This document shows positions 16,040 to 18,127 of a stretch of DNA of 18,127 bases, one piece after another (within the stretch, counting starts at the first letter, position 1; every line of letters begins with the position of its first letter). The notes below the pieces were generated by a model, which ran no database searches, was not told the origin of the DNA, and was given only the letters and a program-made list of their open reading frames with translations. The position numbers were made by a program, and so were the translations under genes. Source of the DNA: Candidatus Aegiribacteria sp. (lineage in GTDB: Bacteria > Fermentibacterota > Fermentibacteria > Fermentibacterales > JCC-6); NCBI GenBank assembly GCA_046498225.1, contig JAWOBF010000080.1, forward strand, positions 1-18,127, written 5' to 3'.

Positions 16040-17817
16040 TTTTCCGCCAGTTTCATGGTGCCCTTCCCGGGGCCGGCCAGGTAGACCCCCGAGACCAGCC
16101 CCCTCATGGATTCCATAAGCCCGGAAAGGTGGTCCAGGGAAAACTCCAGGACATCCTCGTCGGCCAGTCCCCTTATTCGTTCCAGTATATCCTTCGGGAT
16201 TGTGATGCCTGGAACCTCTTCGGCAAGGTACTCGGCGGAGTAGCGGCTGCGAAGCGGCATCAGCGCCGGCAGAACGGGAAACTCATCCATAATGTCCGAG
16301 GCTGCGTGCAGCGTTTCCAGGGAATAGACCGGCTGGGTGATGAAGAACCGGCAGCCCGCGCTCCATCTTCTCTCCAGTTTCTCTCTGGCGCCCGGATCCC
16401 CAAGCGATACCGCGCTTCCCGGGAAGAACCCGGCCCCGGTGCCTATCTTCCTTCCGTTCAGGTCCACTCCCAGGGCGAGGTTCCGCAGCAGTTCCAGCGT
16501 CTGTTCCGTGGTGAGGTCGTATACCGCCGTGGATTCGGGATAGTCTCCCAGGGAGGGAGGGTCGCCGGAAATAAGGAACACCGCCTGCAGACCGCTTCCC
16601 GAGAGCGCCAGGAGATCGGACTGGACCCTGGTGAGGCTGCGGTCCCGCAGGGCGAAATGGACCAGCGGCTCCACACCCAGTTTCTCCCTGAGATAGAGGC
16701 CGGTAATGGCAGGCGACATCCGTACCCTGCCCATGGGCGAATCCGGAATGCTCACCGTCACCGGGGAGAACCTGTGCAGCTTCCGGGCCCTTGAGGCAAA
16801 GAGCGATAGATCGCCCCCTCGGGGCGGCAGCAGTTCTACGATCAGGGCGTCACGGGCTGACAGGCGGGAGGATAACATGGGAGGTTCGAACACCGTCCCG
16901 CTGTCTTCCTTCTCTTCCCTGACTTCCCTGCCCGGAAAGGAGAAAACGGTCACTTCCGACTTCTCTCCCATCCTTCTGGACAGGGTGGAAATGAATTCCG
17001 GAGTGGTTCCGCAGCAGCCGCCTATAAGCGCCGCGCCCCCCTCGGCGCAGGAAAGCATGCATCTGCAGAAATGGTCCGGATTGCGGGGGAAGACGAATTT
17101 CCCGTCATGATACTTTCCGGTGCCGGAGTTGGGCTGGAGCATGACGGGAAACGGAGATGCCGAAGAGAACCTGGCATGAATGTCCATGAACTGAAGGGGA
17201 CCCGTTCCATGATTCGCCCCCAGCATCGCTATGTCCGTATCCATGAAAGCGGCTATGGAATCGGTGATGGTGAATCCGGAAGGGGTCAGGAGGTCATGGC
17301 CGTAGGTAAAGCTGACCGCTACGGGGATATCGCCGGATAAAGACCTGACTATGTCGTAGAGTGTCCTGGCCTGCAGCGGGTCCACCTGGGTCTCCAGCAG
17401 TATCAGGTCCACCCCTCCCTCGAGCAGGCCGGTGATCTGAGGAGCGTAGGTCTCCCTGAGCCTTCCGCTGCTGCATACCTCCGCTGCGAAGGACCTTCCG
17501 CTGACCGGAGGCCCGACAGAGCCCATGATGGAGCATCCTGGATTCCTCGCGGCCAGCGCCACCGCCCTGTAGTTTATCTCGGCGCATCTCTCCGCCAGCC
17601 CCCGCCGGTCTAGTTTGGCGAGGTTGGCATCGAAGGTATTCGTTGTGAGTATCGCGGCTCCCGCCGCCGCGTAGTCCCGATGTACGCTGGCCAGTATTTC
17701 CGGGGACCGGATGACCGCTTCGGAAGCGAGATAGTTTCCCGGATAGCCCAGGGAAAACAGATACTCGCCTATGGCGCCGTCAGCCAGGAGGAAAGTTCCC
17801 TCTTTCAGCAGTTCCAT
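16021..17817 (-). CDS. yitJ: Bifunctional homocysteine S-methyltransferase / 5,10-methylenetetrahydrofolate reductase (YitJ-like)
   Basis: HMT domain LADGAIG, AGA..LTTNTF, LLET, PNSG, GGCCGTTP. MTHFR domain VELLPP, IPDSPMGRVRMS, HFALRDR, ISGDPP.LGDYP, FFITQPVY. GGAGG RBS. Confidence 0.88.
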   Translation of the reverse strand: MELLKEGTFLLADGAIGEYLFSLGYPGNYLASEAVIRSPEILASVHRDYAAAGAAILTTNTFDANLAKLDRRGLAERCAEINYRAVALAARNPGCSIMGSVGPPVSGRSFAAEVCSSGRLRETYAPQITGLLEGGVDLILLETQVDPLQARTLYDIVRSLSGDIPVAVSFTYGHDLLTPSGFTITDSIAAFMDTDIAMLGANHGTGPLQFMDIHARFSSASPFPVMLQPNSGTGKYHDGKFVFPRNPDHFCRCMLSCAEGGAALIGGCCGTTPEFISTLSRRMGEKSEVTVFSFPGREVREEKEDSGTVFEPPMLSSRLSARDALIVELLPPRGGDLSLFASRARKLHRFSPVTVSIPDSPMGRVRMSPAITGLYLREKLGVEPLVHFALRDRSLTRVQSDLLALSGSGLQAVFLISGDPPSLGDYPESTAVYDLTTEQTLELLRNLALGVDLNGRKIGTGAGFFPGSAVSLGDPGAREKLERRWSAGCRFFITQPVYSLETLHAASDIMDEFPVLPALMPLRSRYSAEYLAEEVPGITIPKDILERIRGLADEDVLEFSLDHLSGLMESMRGLVSGVYLAGPGKGTMKLAEKWRKLS

Positions 17818-17878
17818 GCAGCCTCCTCACCTGAAAGGACGTGGTGAAGTTCGGGATTCCCGGGGCAGCGCCGGTCCG

Positions 17879-18127
17879 TCAGGCCCGGCGCTGCTGCATG
17901 AAAGATACTGTTTTTTTCAGGCCTTCGCTGAACGGCACCACCGGCCGGTAGGAGAGAAGTTCCTCCGCCAGGCCGATGTCGGCCCTGCTGTGCTTCACGT
18001 CACCGGGTCGCGGGGGCCCGTGACCGGGACTGATGTCCGTCCTTCCGGTAAGCGCAGCCACCTCTTCCGCCAGCCTGTTCACCGTGATGCTGTCGCCGCA
18101 GGCGATGTTCATCACCTCTCCCGCGGC
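17879..18127 (-). CDS. NAD-dependent nucleotide-sugar epimerase/dehydratase (extended SDR), C-terminal fragment
   Basis: GEVMNIACG, PPRPGDVKHSRADI, LLSYRP...EGLKKTV are typical of GalE/WbpP-like C-termini. The frame is open to the window edge. Confidence 0.88.
   Translation of the reverse strand, partial: AAGEVMNIACGDSITVNRLAEEVAALTGRTDISPGHGPPRPGDVKHSRADIGLAEELLSYRPVVPFSEGLKKTVSFMQQRRA

Noticed and set aside
12708..16794. Plus-strand ORFs of about 300-340 aa over the met cluster
   Set aside because: They lie antisense or out of frame to genes with strong motif support and have low-complexity Pro/Arg/Gly-rich translations.
17818..17894. Canonical SAM-I, SAM-III, SAH or cobalamin riboswitch
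   Set aside because: Too short for SAM-I or B12 elements. Only fragments (GGCGCTGC, TCCCGAA) resemble the SAH and SAM-III consensus, without the partner elements.

Overview
GC-rich bacterial chromosomal window made mostly of housekeeping and envelope genes. The gene content (a gingipain-like C25 peptidase with a T9SS-type C-terminal domain, an outer-membrane patatin) suggests a diderm FCB-group organism such as Ca. Fermentibacterota; this is inference only. Left to right: the 5' end of corA (-), a divergent addB-addA helicase-nuclease pair (+), and three minus-strand exported-protein genes (a six-bladed beta-propeller made of 38-aa repeats, an SGNH-like lipoprotein, a minimal C25 peptidase). 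Then come a plus-strand PlpD-like patatin-POTRA-barrel / degenerate cupin / small membrane protein unit, a minus-strand methionine cluster (YitJ-like HMT-MTHFR fusion, stand-alone reactivation domain, Thermotoga-type split MetH) and the 3' end of an NAD-dependent sugar epimerase. I saw no mobile element, CRISPR array, RNA gene or defence system, and I cannot claim a clearly new system. The best leads are a Cys-to-His change at a zinc ligand of the second homocysteine methyltransferase domain, a structured SD-occluding leader of the met cluster, and the uncharacterised exported-protein triad with a shared upstream motif.
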